Part shown: piece by piece, positions 8,596-15,387 of the stretch
How positions within the stretch are numbered: position 1 is the first letter of the stretch
How the letters are laid out: each line of letters begins with the position of its first letter
Assembly: GCA_965231045.1 (NCBI GenBank)
Contig: OZ246406.1
Coordinates: 386,208 to 450,207 of the forward strand
DNA: 64,000 bases
Origin: an uncultured Candidatus Saccharibacteria bacterium
GTDB taxonomy: Bacteria; Patescibacteriota; Saccharimonadia; Saccharimonadales; JAGQNJ01
Reading direction: 5' to 3'
The notes under the pieces: generated by a model
Databases searched by the model: none
What the model saw: the letters and a program-made list of their open reading frames with translations, nothing else
What the model was told of the DNA's origin: nothing
Translations under genes and position numbers: made by a program

Positions 8596-11043
8596 CTAAT
8601 TTGTACTTCGATGGTGATAGTATCTCTTAATTAGTGCAGCAATACCAGTCACACCTAAAACTATCATACTGTTTGCAACCCAACTAACTACATTCAGGCT
8701 GTCACCAGTACTTGCTAGAGTTGATGACGATCCTGATGAAAAAACCGACAATGAGCTAACTGCAAGGCCTACTGGATCAACAATTGTGCCATTAGAAGCG
8801 TTATCCATGTCCAGTACACCGCCATCGGTAATACTGTAGGTTAGTTTAAGAGCATGCTTGCCATTAACCGTTGTTTCCGTAATTGTGGCACCGCTTATAT
8901 CCCCATAAGTTTGAGTATTCGAGTTATATTTGCGCGCTCTTACTTGTGATGGTGTAAGGTCAGTAATATAAGTAATCGAAACTTGGTTTGTAGTCCCTGT
9001 ACCGACTGTTATACAAAAGTTCATTAGACCCCATGGGTAATATAAACTGTCCTGTGTTGCCAAACTATTAGCCGCTATTGACGAAGAGCAAGTTATTGTT
9101 GTGCCATTTGGGGCTAATAAAGTAACGTCAGATACGCCAATTCCCGTATTTCCTGGGCTACTTTGCACCGTACTAGTTACAGGTGTGTAACTGAATTTTT
9201 GGATACGACTATTGCCACCATCAACTACATAAAAATTATATCCAGTCGAATCAATTAATATCCCCTTTGGTGTAACAAATTGCCCATCTCCGGTACCATT
9301 AGTCCCCCATTGGCCTAGATAGTTACCGTTACTATCAAATTTTTGGATACGGCTATTTAAGGAATCCGAAACATAAAGATTTCCGTTTGTTTTATCAAGA
9401 ACAATCTGCAAAGGAGTATTAAACTGTCCGTTGCCAGAACCCGCCGTGCCCCACTTGGTCAAATAGTTACCGCTACTATCAAATTTTTGAACACGGTTAT
9501 TACCGGCTTCTGTAACATATATATTACCGCTTAGATCTATCATTACTGACGATGGCTGATTAAACTGTCCGTTGCCAGAACCCGCCGTGCCAAACTTGCT
9601 AATAAAGGTGCCTGTATTACTAAACTTATCTATTCGGTTGTTGTTTATGTCAGGTATGTATATGTTGCCTGCAGCATCAACTCCAAGTGATGTTACATTA
9701 GTATTGAAGTTTACCTGACCGTCGGCAGAACCCGTACTTGTGTTAAATGAAAGCAAGAAGTTACCGTTTTTATCAAACTTTTGTACATGGTCGACACCAG
9801 GATCAGCAATGATAACATCACCGTTTGGATCGACTGCAAACGCCGTTGGCCTATTAAACATGCCGGTTCCACTTCCTGGGTATTCCCACTTAGATAAGTA
9901 ATTGCCGGAGCTATCGAACTTCTCAATACGGTGGTTGTCTGTATCAGCAACATAAATGTTTCCTGACGAATCAGAGGTAATTCCACGAGGCGTCACATTG
10001 AACTTCCCATCTGAGCTCACGCCAATGGTGTTTATTTTCATAATAAACGTTCCGCTATTGTTAAATTTTTGCATTCGAAAGTTGTTTGGATCAGCAATGT
10101 ACACATTACCAGAGCTGTCAGAAGTCATTCCACTATATGTGGCACTCATTGCAAACTGACCATCAGCCCCACCGCTAGACCCCCACTTGGTTATAAAGTT
10201 ACCGGAGCTATCGAACTTTTGAATACGACTATTGCCATACTCTGTCGTAAAGACATTACCATTTACATCGACAGCCAGCCCAGTTGCTGTACTAAATTGT
10301 CCATTCCCAGATCCACTTGTGCCCCATTTACGTACAAAGACTCCTGAACTAGTAAACTGCTGCACGCGGTTATTCGAGGTGTCCATTACATAAACATTAT
10401 CTGTTGACGAGTTATAGCCTATATCGCGTGGTGAGCTAAACTGCCCATCGGCCGAGCCGCTCGTGCCCCACTTTCTTATAAATACGCCCGTGCTACTAAA
10501 CTCTTGTATACGGTTGTTACCTGTGTCCGCAACAAAGACATTGTTACTTACATCGGTAATAATCCCCTTCGGCACACTAAACTGCCCATCGGCCGAGCCA
10601 CTTGTGCCCCACTTTGTAATAAACGTACCTGCTGTATTAAATTTCTGGATACGACTGTTGTTCATGTCCGTGACATAAATATTATCGCTGGAATCAATTG
10701 TTAGGCCGCGTGGTGCATTAAATTGGCCATTACCTGACCCAGTAGAACCCCACTGTGTTAAATAGTTACCCGAACTATCAAACTTATTGATACGGTTGTT
10801 GGTTACGTCTGTAAGATAGATGTTGCCGCTGGAATCCCGCCCAACACCCGTGACACCACCAAGGGTAGAGTTACCAAAGCTGCCCCATTTTGAAGCAAAG
10901 CTAGGAACGTCTGTTGGTGCAGCATGAACCGTTTGCCCAAGCACAAAGCTCGTAAGAAATATGCTCGCAAACAATAAAGAAAAAAATTGTAATCGTATTT
11001 TACCGGTTTTTTTACCAAATACTAGGCTAGACAGTTTCACCAC
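8596..11043 (-). CDS. Secreted 12x NHL-repeat surface protein with LAxTG-type cell-wall sorting signal
   Basis: Signal/TM N-terminus. Twelve repeats of about 47 aa (..NNRIQKFDSSGNY.TKWGTSGSGNGQF..). ITDGGVLDMDNASNGTIVDP domain. C-terminal LASTG plus hydrophobic stretch plus basic tail (KRYYHHRSTN). Confidence 0.85.
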   Translation of the reverse strand: MVKLSSLVFGKKTGKIRLQFFSLLFASIFLTSFVLGQTVHAAPTDVPSFASKWGSFGNSTLGGVTGVGRDSSGNIYLTDVTNNRINKFDSSGNYLTQWGSTGSGNGQFNAPRGLTIDSSDNIYVTDMNNSRIQKFNTAGTFITKWGTSGSADGQFSVPKGIITDVSNNVFVADTGNNRIQEFSSTGVFIRKWGTSGSADGQFSSPRDIGYNSSTDNVYVMDTSNNRVQQFTSSGVFVRKWGTSGSGNGQFSTATGLAVDVNGNVFTTEYGNSRIQKFDSSGNFITKWGSSGGADGQFAMSATYSGMTSDSSGNVYIADPNNFRMQKFNNSGTFIMKINTIGVSSDGKFNVTPRGITSDSSGNIYVADTDNHRIEKFDSSGNYLSKWEYPGSGTGMFNRPTAFAVDPNGDVIIADPGVDHVQKFDKNGNFLLSFNTSTGSADGQVNFNTNVTSLGVDAAGNIYIPDINNNRIDKFSNTGTFISKFGTAGSGNGQFNQPSSVMIDLSGNIYVTEAGNNRVQKFDSSGNYLTKWGTAGSGNGQFNTPLQIVLDKTNGNLYVSDSLNSRIQKFDSNGNYLGQWGTNGTGDGQFVTPKGILIDSTGYNFYVVDGGNSRIQKFSYTPVTSTVQSSPGNTGIGVSDVTLLAPNGTTITCSSSIAANSLATQDSLYYPWGLMNFCITVGTGTTNQVSITYITDLTPSQVRARKYNSNTQTYGDISGATITETTVNGKHALKLTYSITDGGVLDMDNASNGTIVDPVGLAVSSLSVFSSGSSSTLASTGDSLNVVSWVANSMIVLGVTGIAALIKRYYHHRSTN
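9171..10866 (-). repeat. Intragenic tandem NHL coding repeats (period about 140 nt)
   Basis: Near-identical DNA blocks, e.g. ttaaactgtccgttgccagaacccgccgtgcc at about 9421 and about 9559; ctaaactgcccatcggccgagcc at about 10441 and about 10576. Confidence 0.8.
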
Positions 11044-11067
11044 TTATTTCCCCCATCAGTTGTTAAG

Positions 11068-11096
11068 ATTATAGCATGAACGGAATGAAGCTAGAA
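11068..11096 (-). promoter_or_regulatory. Candidate extended -10 promoter (TGCTATAAT) for the NHL gene
   Basis: Minus-strand TGCTATAAT about 24 nt upstream of the GTG start, with a GGGGGA SD between them. The -35 element is weak. Confidence 0.45.
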
Positions 11097-11112
11097 CTTA
11101 TGGCCTATGTCT

Positions 11113-11361
11113 TTATGTACGATTTTTGGTCTTGAGTCGCAAGTTGGCGACATATTGCTCGGCATCCATAGCCGGGTTGGCACACAAATAATTCATATGT
11201 TTATCGACAAAAGAGATCAAATTATCGGGATACTCACCGTTCGGTGTATAACTTGAGGTGGTGTTATGCGACTCACTAAGTACAATTTGTTGCAATTTTT
11301 GACGTATTTCTCTGCCCTCTTCTGAATTCAGGAAATCATTTCTTCGTTTATGTATTGGCAT
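11113..11361 (-). CDS. Small hypothetical protein (82 aa)
   Basis: ORF with GGAG SD (TAGGAGATAACGAATG); no family recognised. Confidence 0.5.
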   Translation of the reverse strand: MPIHKRRNDFLNSEEGREIRQKLQQIVLSESHNTTSSYTPNGEYPDNLISFVDKHMNYLCANPAMDAEQYVANLRLKTKNRT

Positions 11362-11564
11362 TCGTTATCTCCTAGAAGTTTGAACCATTTTGGCAAACTA
11401 TATAGGTATAGTATACGCCCTATTTTGACAATTTCCTAATCTCATATTATAACATATAAATCGATTCTGTCTTGGCGGTTAGTAAAGCAATTCCGGTTAT
11501 CCGCAACAATAGAACCACTTGGGCCTAGATGCTTGAAAGTTATCTAGGATTCATGGGGATTCTT

Positions 11565-12155
11565 TTACCCTACCGTGCCAGTTTTGACTTCTCCAGCTCG
11601 CTTATAGTTGGCCATGATTACGCCGCTTGGCGTTATGCTACCTTCTGTAAGCTTGAAAGCTGCTGGGATCGTGCCCTCGGCAAATAATTTTTGTCCCTGG
11701 CCAAGAGTTAACGGATAGGTTACAAGCCTAAGCTCATCGACTAAATCATTCTTAAGCAATAGTTGGTTCAACTTACCACTGCCCCAAACATGAAGGTCAG
11801 AGCCAGTTGAGGCTTTAAGCTTTTTAATATCTTCTAGGTTTTTAAGAAATACCGTATTCTTCCAGTCAGACTTTTCTACAGTATTGCTCAAAACGTATTT
11901 CATTCCGTCATTTATTCCTGGCCAAACGTCGGCATGCTCTGGCCAGTAGCTGGCAAATATCTCAAACGTCTTCCTGCCTAGCAGATACTCGGCGGGCTGC
12001 ATATTCTTTTGAAAAAAATCACTTCCATTATCATCAGCGTATGGTGCAGTCCACCCACCATATTTAAAACCACTTGAAGGATCTTCCTCTGGGCCGCCCG
12101 GAGCTTGCATTACTCCATCTAGAGTAATCATCGTTATAACAATTATCTTTCGCAT
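11565..12155 (-). CDS. Dihydrofolate reductase-family (RibD C-terminal domain) protein
   Basis: Likely start MRKIIVITMITLDGVMQAPGG. The tracked N-terminal extension to 12251 overlaps tRNA-Gly. Confidence 0.75.
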   Translation of the reverse strand: MRKIIVITMITLDGVMQAPGGPEEDPSSGFKYGGWTAPYADDNGSDFFQKNMQPAEYLLGRKTFEIFASYWPEHADVWPGINDGMKYVLSNTVEKSDWKNTVFLKNLEDIKKLKASTGSDLHVWGSGKLNQLLLKNDLVDELRLVTYPLTLGQGQKLFAEGTIPAAFKLTEGSITPSGVIMANYKRAGEVKTGTVG

Positions 12156-12206
12156 ATATTTATGATAACAAAACCAAATAAAAAACACTTCCTTAGAAGT
12201 GTATTT

Positions 12207-12283
12207 TGGTGCGGGTGAGGGGACTCTAACCCCTGGCCTCATCCTTGGCAAGGATGCGCTCTAAACAACTGAGCTACACCCGC
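12207..12283 (-). tRNA. tRNA-Gly(GCC), CCA encoded
   Basis: Acceptor GCGGGTG/CACCCGC, anticodon arm CATCC-TTGCCAA-GGATG, T arm AGGGG-TTAGAGT-CCCCT. Confidence 0.9.
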
Positions 12284-12398
12284 ATGGTATTGAGATAAAC
12301 CTACGGTTTTTCTCAACGCTCATCGGTTAAGCTGATCCTAACAAGTTAGGACAAGCTCGCTGCTCTTTTCCCTTTAAGTGGGTCCTGAACAGAGGGAA

Positions 12399-12427
12399 AT
12401 TATACCTGAGCACACTGTTTACTGCAA
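12399..12427 (-). promoter_or_regulatory. Sigma70-type promoter (TTGCAG-17-TATAAT) driving a long leader plus tRNA-Gly
   Basis: Minus strand -35 TTGCAG (12427..12422), 17-nt spacer, -10 TATAAT (12404..12399). Confidence 0.55.
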
Positions 12428-12474
12428 GCTGATAACGGTTTGCACTGACCAAATGCATATGAAAGAATGTAGAA

Positions 12475-13458
12475 GTGCCAGATTTAGAACCAGAACGATA
12501 TACCCATGGCTGGGAATTACCCAAGCGAGATATATTTTTTGAGCCAGAAGTTACTGGCTTTTTACAGGCTGATGCAGACGATGCCTGGCTAGATGAGCTT
12601 GTGACAATGAATAACTTTTATCAAGATGTCCCCGAACCAGTCATTGATTTGACAGTTATTGATCTTAGGGATCATGTTTTGGCCCAAAGATTAGCCGACG
12701 AGAAAAATGTGCAAAGGGAACCTGTACTTGTAAATGTTGCCAGCTCAAATGGTATTAACAGTAATGACCGTCCAGAAAATCCCTTCCCTAAGCCAGAGCC
12801 TTCTAGCCATCAAGCAAATGTAAATATTGCCCAGACGATGTTCGGCAGCAATGCCGTAGCACCATCTGAAGGTGAGAAACTCGCCAAAGTATTACGGCCA
12901 CGTCAGCCATGGCCGGCCGAGCTTGAAGTCGACGAAGAGCCTATTGACTTATATGAAGACCCGGACGACGAGCCTGTTTTTCCCAATGTAATTGATGAGC
13001 CGCTAGAAACAGTTGTTGAAACAATCGACACCAGTGAGCCGGCCCAAAAGCAAAGCTTTTTACGCCGAGTTCTTAATCGAATTCCACGGCGCACTCCAAA
13101 AGTTGAAAAATTGCCAAATCCGCGCCGCAGAAAGATTGGCGCAACAGTTGCCGGGGTTGCCTTAGCAGCTACAGTTATTGGTGTCGGATTTAGTGCAAAT
13201 GTCCTGCATAATCCTTTGGCGAGTAACGAACAAGCAACTCCGAGTATCTCAACCACTGTAGTGACTCATGATACATACCGATCGCCTACAACCAGCGTTG
13301 TTGCCGAAAAGCGATTTATTATGCCGATAATGACCATGGAACAGAAAACAGCGTTTGACACAATGTGTCAGTGGATCCAAGACCACCCGAATGCCACACA
13401 AGAAGAATTCAATAGAACTGTAGCTTTTGCCGAGCTTGTTGCGCAGCAAAACTCATAG
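12475..13458 (+). CDS. Hypothetical acidic/proline-rich protein with one TM helix
   Basis: 327-aa ORF with GTG start (uncertain). TM IGATVAGVALAATVIGVGF preceded by the RRRK patch; no family recognised. Confidence 0.55.
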   Translation: MPDLEPERYTHGWELPKRDIFFEPEVTGFLQADADDAWLDELVTMNNFYQDVPEPVIDLTVIDLRDHVLAQRLADEKNVQREPVLVNVASSNGINSNDRPENPFPKPEPSSHQANVNIAQTMFGSNAVAPSEGEKLAKVLRPRQPWPAELEVDEEPIDLYEDPDDEPVFPNVIDEPLETVVETIDTSEPAQKQSFLRRVLNRIPRRTPKVEKLPNPRRRKIGATVAGVALAATVIGVGFSANVLHNPLASNEQATPSISTTVVTHDTYRSPTTSVVAEKRFIMPIMTMEQKTAFDTMCQWIQDHPNATQEEFNRTVAFAELVAQQNS

Positions 13459-13483
13459 AACACAACCTCTATATATAAAGAAA

Positions 13484-13511
13484 CCGTTTTGCGAGAGGAT
13501 TCGCAAAACGG
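13484..13511. repeat. 28-nt perfect hairpin CCGTTTTGCGA-GAGGAT-TCGCAAAACGG (copy 2)
   Basis: Identical to 8008..8035. Followed on the minus strand by TTTCTTTAT. Confidence 0.9.
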
Positions 13512-13520
13512 AAGAGGAAG

Positions 13521-13577
13521 ACAAACAAAAGACCCTGCTTGATTTTGGCTACTTGTTCGCCGAAATTAAAGCAGGGT
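13521..13577 (-). terminator. Intrinsic terminator downstream of tRNA-Phe
   Basis: About 18-bp hairpin (ACCCTGCTT..GATTTTGGC / GCCGAAATT..AAGCAGGGT, one bulge), followed on the minus strand by CTTTTGTTTG. Confidence 0.7.
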
Positions 13578-13594
13578 TGGTGTTGTGTCTGACG

Positions 13595-13670
13595 TGGTGG
13601 CTCCTCCCAGACTCGAACTGGGGACACAAGGCTCTTCAGGCCTCTGCTCTACCAACTGAGCTAAAGAGCC
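13595..13670 (-). tRNA. tRNA-Phe(GAA), CCA encoded
   Basis: Acceptor GGCTCTT/AGGAGCC, anticodon arm GAGGC-CTGAAGA-GCCTT, T arm CCCAG-TTCGAGT-CTGGG. Confidence 0.9.
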
Positions 13671-13753
13671 ACGCTAGATTTAGATTATTAAGTTGTTGTC
13701 AGAAGAGCCAGTGTCCCCGGGGGACTAATATTCTCTGCTTTGCTACGCAATAA

Positions 13754-13795
13754 GCTCTTCAGGCCTCTGCTCTACCAACTGAGCTAAAGAGCCAC
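13754..13795 (-). pseudogene. Partial copy of tRNA-Phe (5' flank 2 nt plus positions 1-40)
   Basis: 42 nt identical to 13631..13672. Ends inside the 3' strand of the anticodon stem; no T arm or acceptor 3' strand follows. Confidence 0.8.
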
Positions 13796-13835
13796 AACCC
13801 CGTTATTCTACGAGAAAACAGGCATAAACTCAATA

Positions 13836-14150
13836 TTACTTCTTCTTGAAGCGATCTTTGTCCCTGGTCTCGAGCTTAGCGATAGCTTTTTGTAGGGGTT
13901 CGTCCATGTTTATATCAAAAGTATTGGCTAGGCAAAGTAGGCTGTACATAATATCAGCAATTTCATCCTCGAGCTTATCGTGAACTTCTCCTAACTTCTT
14001 TGGCTTGTCACCAAATTGGTGGTTTAAAATCCGCGAAACCTCACCAACTTCCTCAACAATACGTGCCAGCTGACTCAGTGGATGCCAATATGGCTTTTCA
14101 TACTTTTGTACACTGTCATCGATTTGTTTCTGGTAATCTTTAAGCGTCAT
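13836..14150 (-). CDS. MazG-like nucleotide pyrophosphohydrolase
   Basis: 104 aa. EEVGEVSRIL ... EDEIADIMYSLLCLANTFDINMDE pattern typical of small MazG/YpjD-type proteins. Confidence 0.8.
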   Translation of the reverse strand: MTLKDYQKQIDDSVQKYEKPYWHPLSQLARIVEEVGEVSRILNHQFGDKPKKLGEVHDKLEDEIADIMYSLLCLANTFDINMDEPLQKAIAKLETRDKDRFKKK

Positions 14151-14155
14151 GGTAG

Positions 14156-14791
14156 TTAGTTGGTGACCGCCAAGGGTTCATAAAAGAGTGTTATATCGGT
14201 TGGCCCACTGTAATTAATATCTACGGTTACTGGGCCTGGCGCAACGTGCGCCCCATCACCATACTGTGCATAGACTGTATATTTACCGGCTGGCAAGTTA
14301 AACGTATGAGAGCTACTTGCGCTTGATGAACTGGCCACAACTTGCCCGGTATTATCTTTGACGACTACGTTTGCAGAATATTCCCATTTGCAAAAACCAT
14401 TCGGGAACCCACAAGCCTGGCCACCTACATCAGTCTGAATACTAATATTGAGTACGCCTATTTCATGTGTATGGACGTTCATCGAATCGGTCTGCGTTGA
14501 GGTGCTTGTTGTGCCAGATGAACTACTTGATGCTGGAGTCGACGTTGAAACCTCAGCGCTTTTTTGCTGAGCCTGCGATGGATGACTGCGTGGTGTCGGC
14601 ATATCATTATTTGTAGCCGCGCCCAATACTTGCGCCTTTTCTTGTCTATTGTTAGCATTTGATTTTGTATACGGCTGAGCAGCAGATTGATCTTGGTGTG
14701 GTTGCTTGGCAAATACTAACCCCCCTCCAAGAACTAGCACAAAAAGGCTTAGCCCTCCAATTACACCAATTTTAAGCCAAGGTTTATTCAT
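14156..14791 (-). CDS. Membrane-anchored/secreted hypothetical protein with low-complexity linker
   Basis: N-terminal TM, Ser/Thr/Gln-rich region, beta-rich C-terminal domain of about 100 aa; no family recognised. Confidence 0.55.
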   Translation of the reverse strand: MNKPWLKIGVIGGLSLFVLVLGGGLVFAKQPHQDQSAAQPYTKSNANNRQEKAQVLGAATNNDMPTPRSHPSQAQQKSAEVSTSTPASSSSSGTTSTSTQTDSMNVHTHEIGVLNISIQTDVGGQACGFPNGFCKWEYSANVVVKDNTGQVVASSSSASSSHTFNLPAGKYTVYAQYGDGAHVAPGPVTVDINYSGPTDITLFYEPLAVTN

Positions 14792-14908
14792 CCACCTAAT
14801 TATCCTACCTGGCTAACAATTTGCAAGAGTAAGCAATATGTAAAAAACCTTGCTCCGGAAATTCTCACCCTTCCCCAGGTCGAGGATTTGAGCCAACATT
14901 CACCAATC

Positions 14909-14931
14909 AAAAAGCCCATCTTGTGATGGAC
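14909..14931 (-). terminator. Small intrinsic terminator after tRNA-Val
   Basis: Minus strand GTCCATC-ACAA-GATGGGC followed by TTTTTG. Confidence 0.5.
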
Positions 14932-14939
14932 TCATTGAT

Positions 14940-15016
14940 TGGTGGGCGCTGAGGGACTCGAACCCCCGACCCCCTCGGTGTAAACGAGATGCTCTAGCCA
15001 ACTGAGCTAAGCGCCC
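14940..15016 (-). tRNA. tRNA-Val(TAC), CCA encoded
   Basis: Acceptor GGGCGCT/AGCGCCC, anticodon arm TCTCG-TTTACAC-CGAGG, T arm GGGGG-TTCGAGT-CCCTC. Confidence 0.9.
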
Positions 15017-15066
15017 GGGTCATTTGATACCGATTGATAATACCTCTTAACAGAGGAAAAATCAAC

Positions 15067-15153
15067 TGGTGCGGACGAGAGGACTTGAACCTCCACAGGA
15101 TTGCTCCCACTACCCCCTCAAGGTAGCGCGTCTACCAATTCCGCCACGTCCGC
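15067..15153 (-). tRNA. tRNA-Leu(GAG), CCA encoded
   Basis: Acceptor GCGGACG/CGTCCGC, anticodon arm CTACC-TTGAGGG-GGTAG, long variable arm, T arm GGAGG-TTCAAGT-CCTCT. Confidence 0.9.
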
Positions 15154-15169
15154 ATAAACTAAGTTATAA

Positions 15170-15194
15170 AGGTTCAAGTCCTGGCTTGGCCACC
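15170..15194 (+). other. Orphan tRNA 3'-end-like fragment (T loop plus acceptor 3' strand)
   Basis: AGG-TTCAAGT-CCTGG-CTTGGCC-A-CC on the + strand, with no matching 5' half. Confidence 0.35.
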
Positions 15195-15273
15195 TTCGGC
15201 AGCCCCGAAACTTCATCTTTGCAAACAAGTTTGCAAGAGAAGGTTTCCTTGCGAATTGCCACTGGCTATTCTC

Positions 15274-15341
15274 ACCTCCACAGGATTGCTCCCACTACCC
15301 CCTCGAACGCAATCGCGTCTACCAATTCCGCCACGTCCGCA
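15274..15341 (-). pseudogene. Truncated, mutated copy of tRNA-Leu(GAG)
   Basis: A 28-nt block (acceptor 5' plus D arm) and a 31-nt block (anticodon 3' side to T-stem 5') are identical to the intact gene. The anticodon 5' stem is replaced (ATTGCGTTC for CTACCTT) and the T loop and 3' end are missing. Confidence 0.75.
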
Positions 15342-15387
15342 GGTATAACCATTATATCCTACAGATTACAGAGTTAAAATCAAGACT

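Noticed and set aside
9171-10866. Regular repeats of about 140 nt that could be mistaken for an array
   Set aside because: They are in-frame NHL coding repeats inside one long ORF. There is no repeat/spacer organisation, so this is not CRISPR.
12316-12474. Possible SRP (4.5S) RNA, suggested by CUCUGUUCAGG and AGCAGC strings on the minus strand
   Set aside because: The apical loop would be 7 nt rather than a GNRA-type tetraloop. The conserved AGCA/GGAA symmetric-loop arrangement is not reproduced, and the 5' and 3' ends do not pair. It is treated as a tRNA leader instead.
13673-13753. Intron within tRNA-Phe (the 5' half is followed by 81 nt)
   Set aside because: A complete, uninterrupted tRNA-Phe follows, so the upstream piece is a duplicate and not exon 1. 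In addition, 81 nt is too short for a group I intron.
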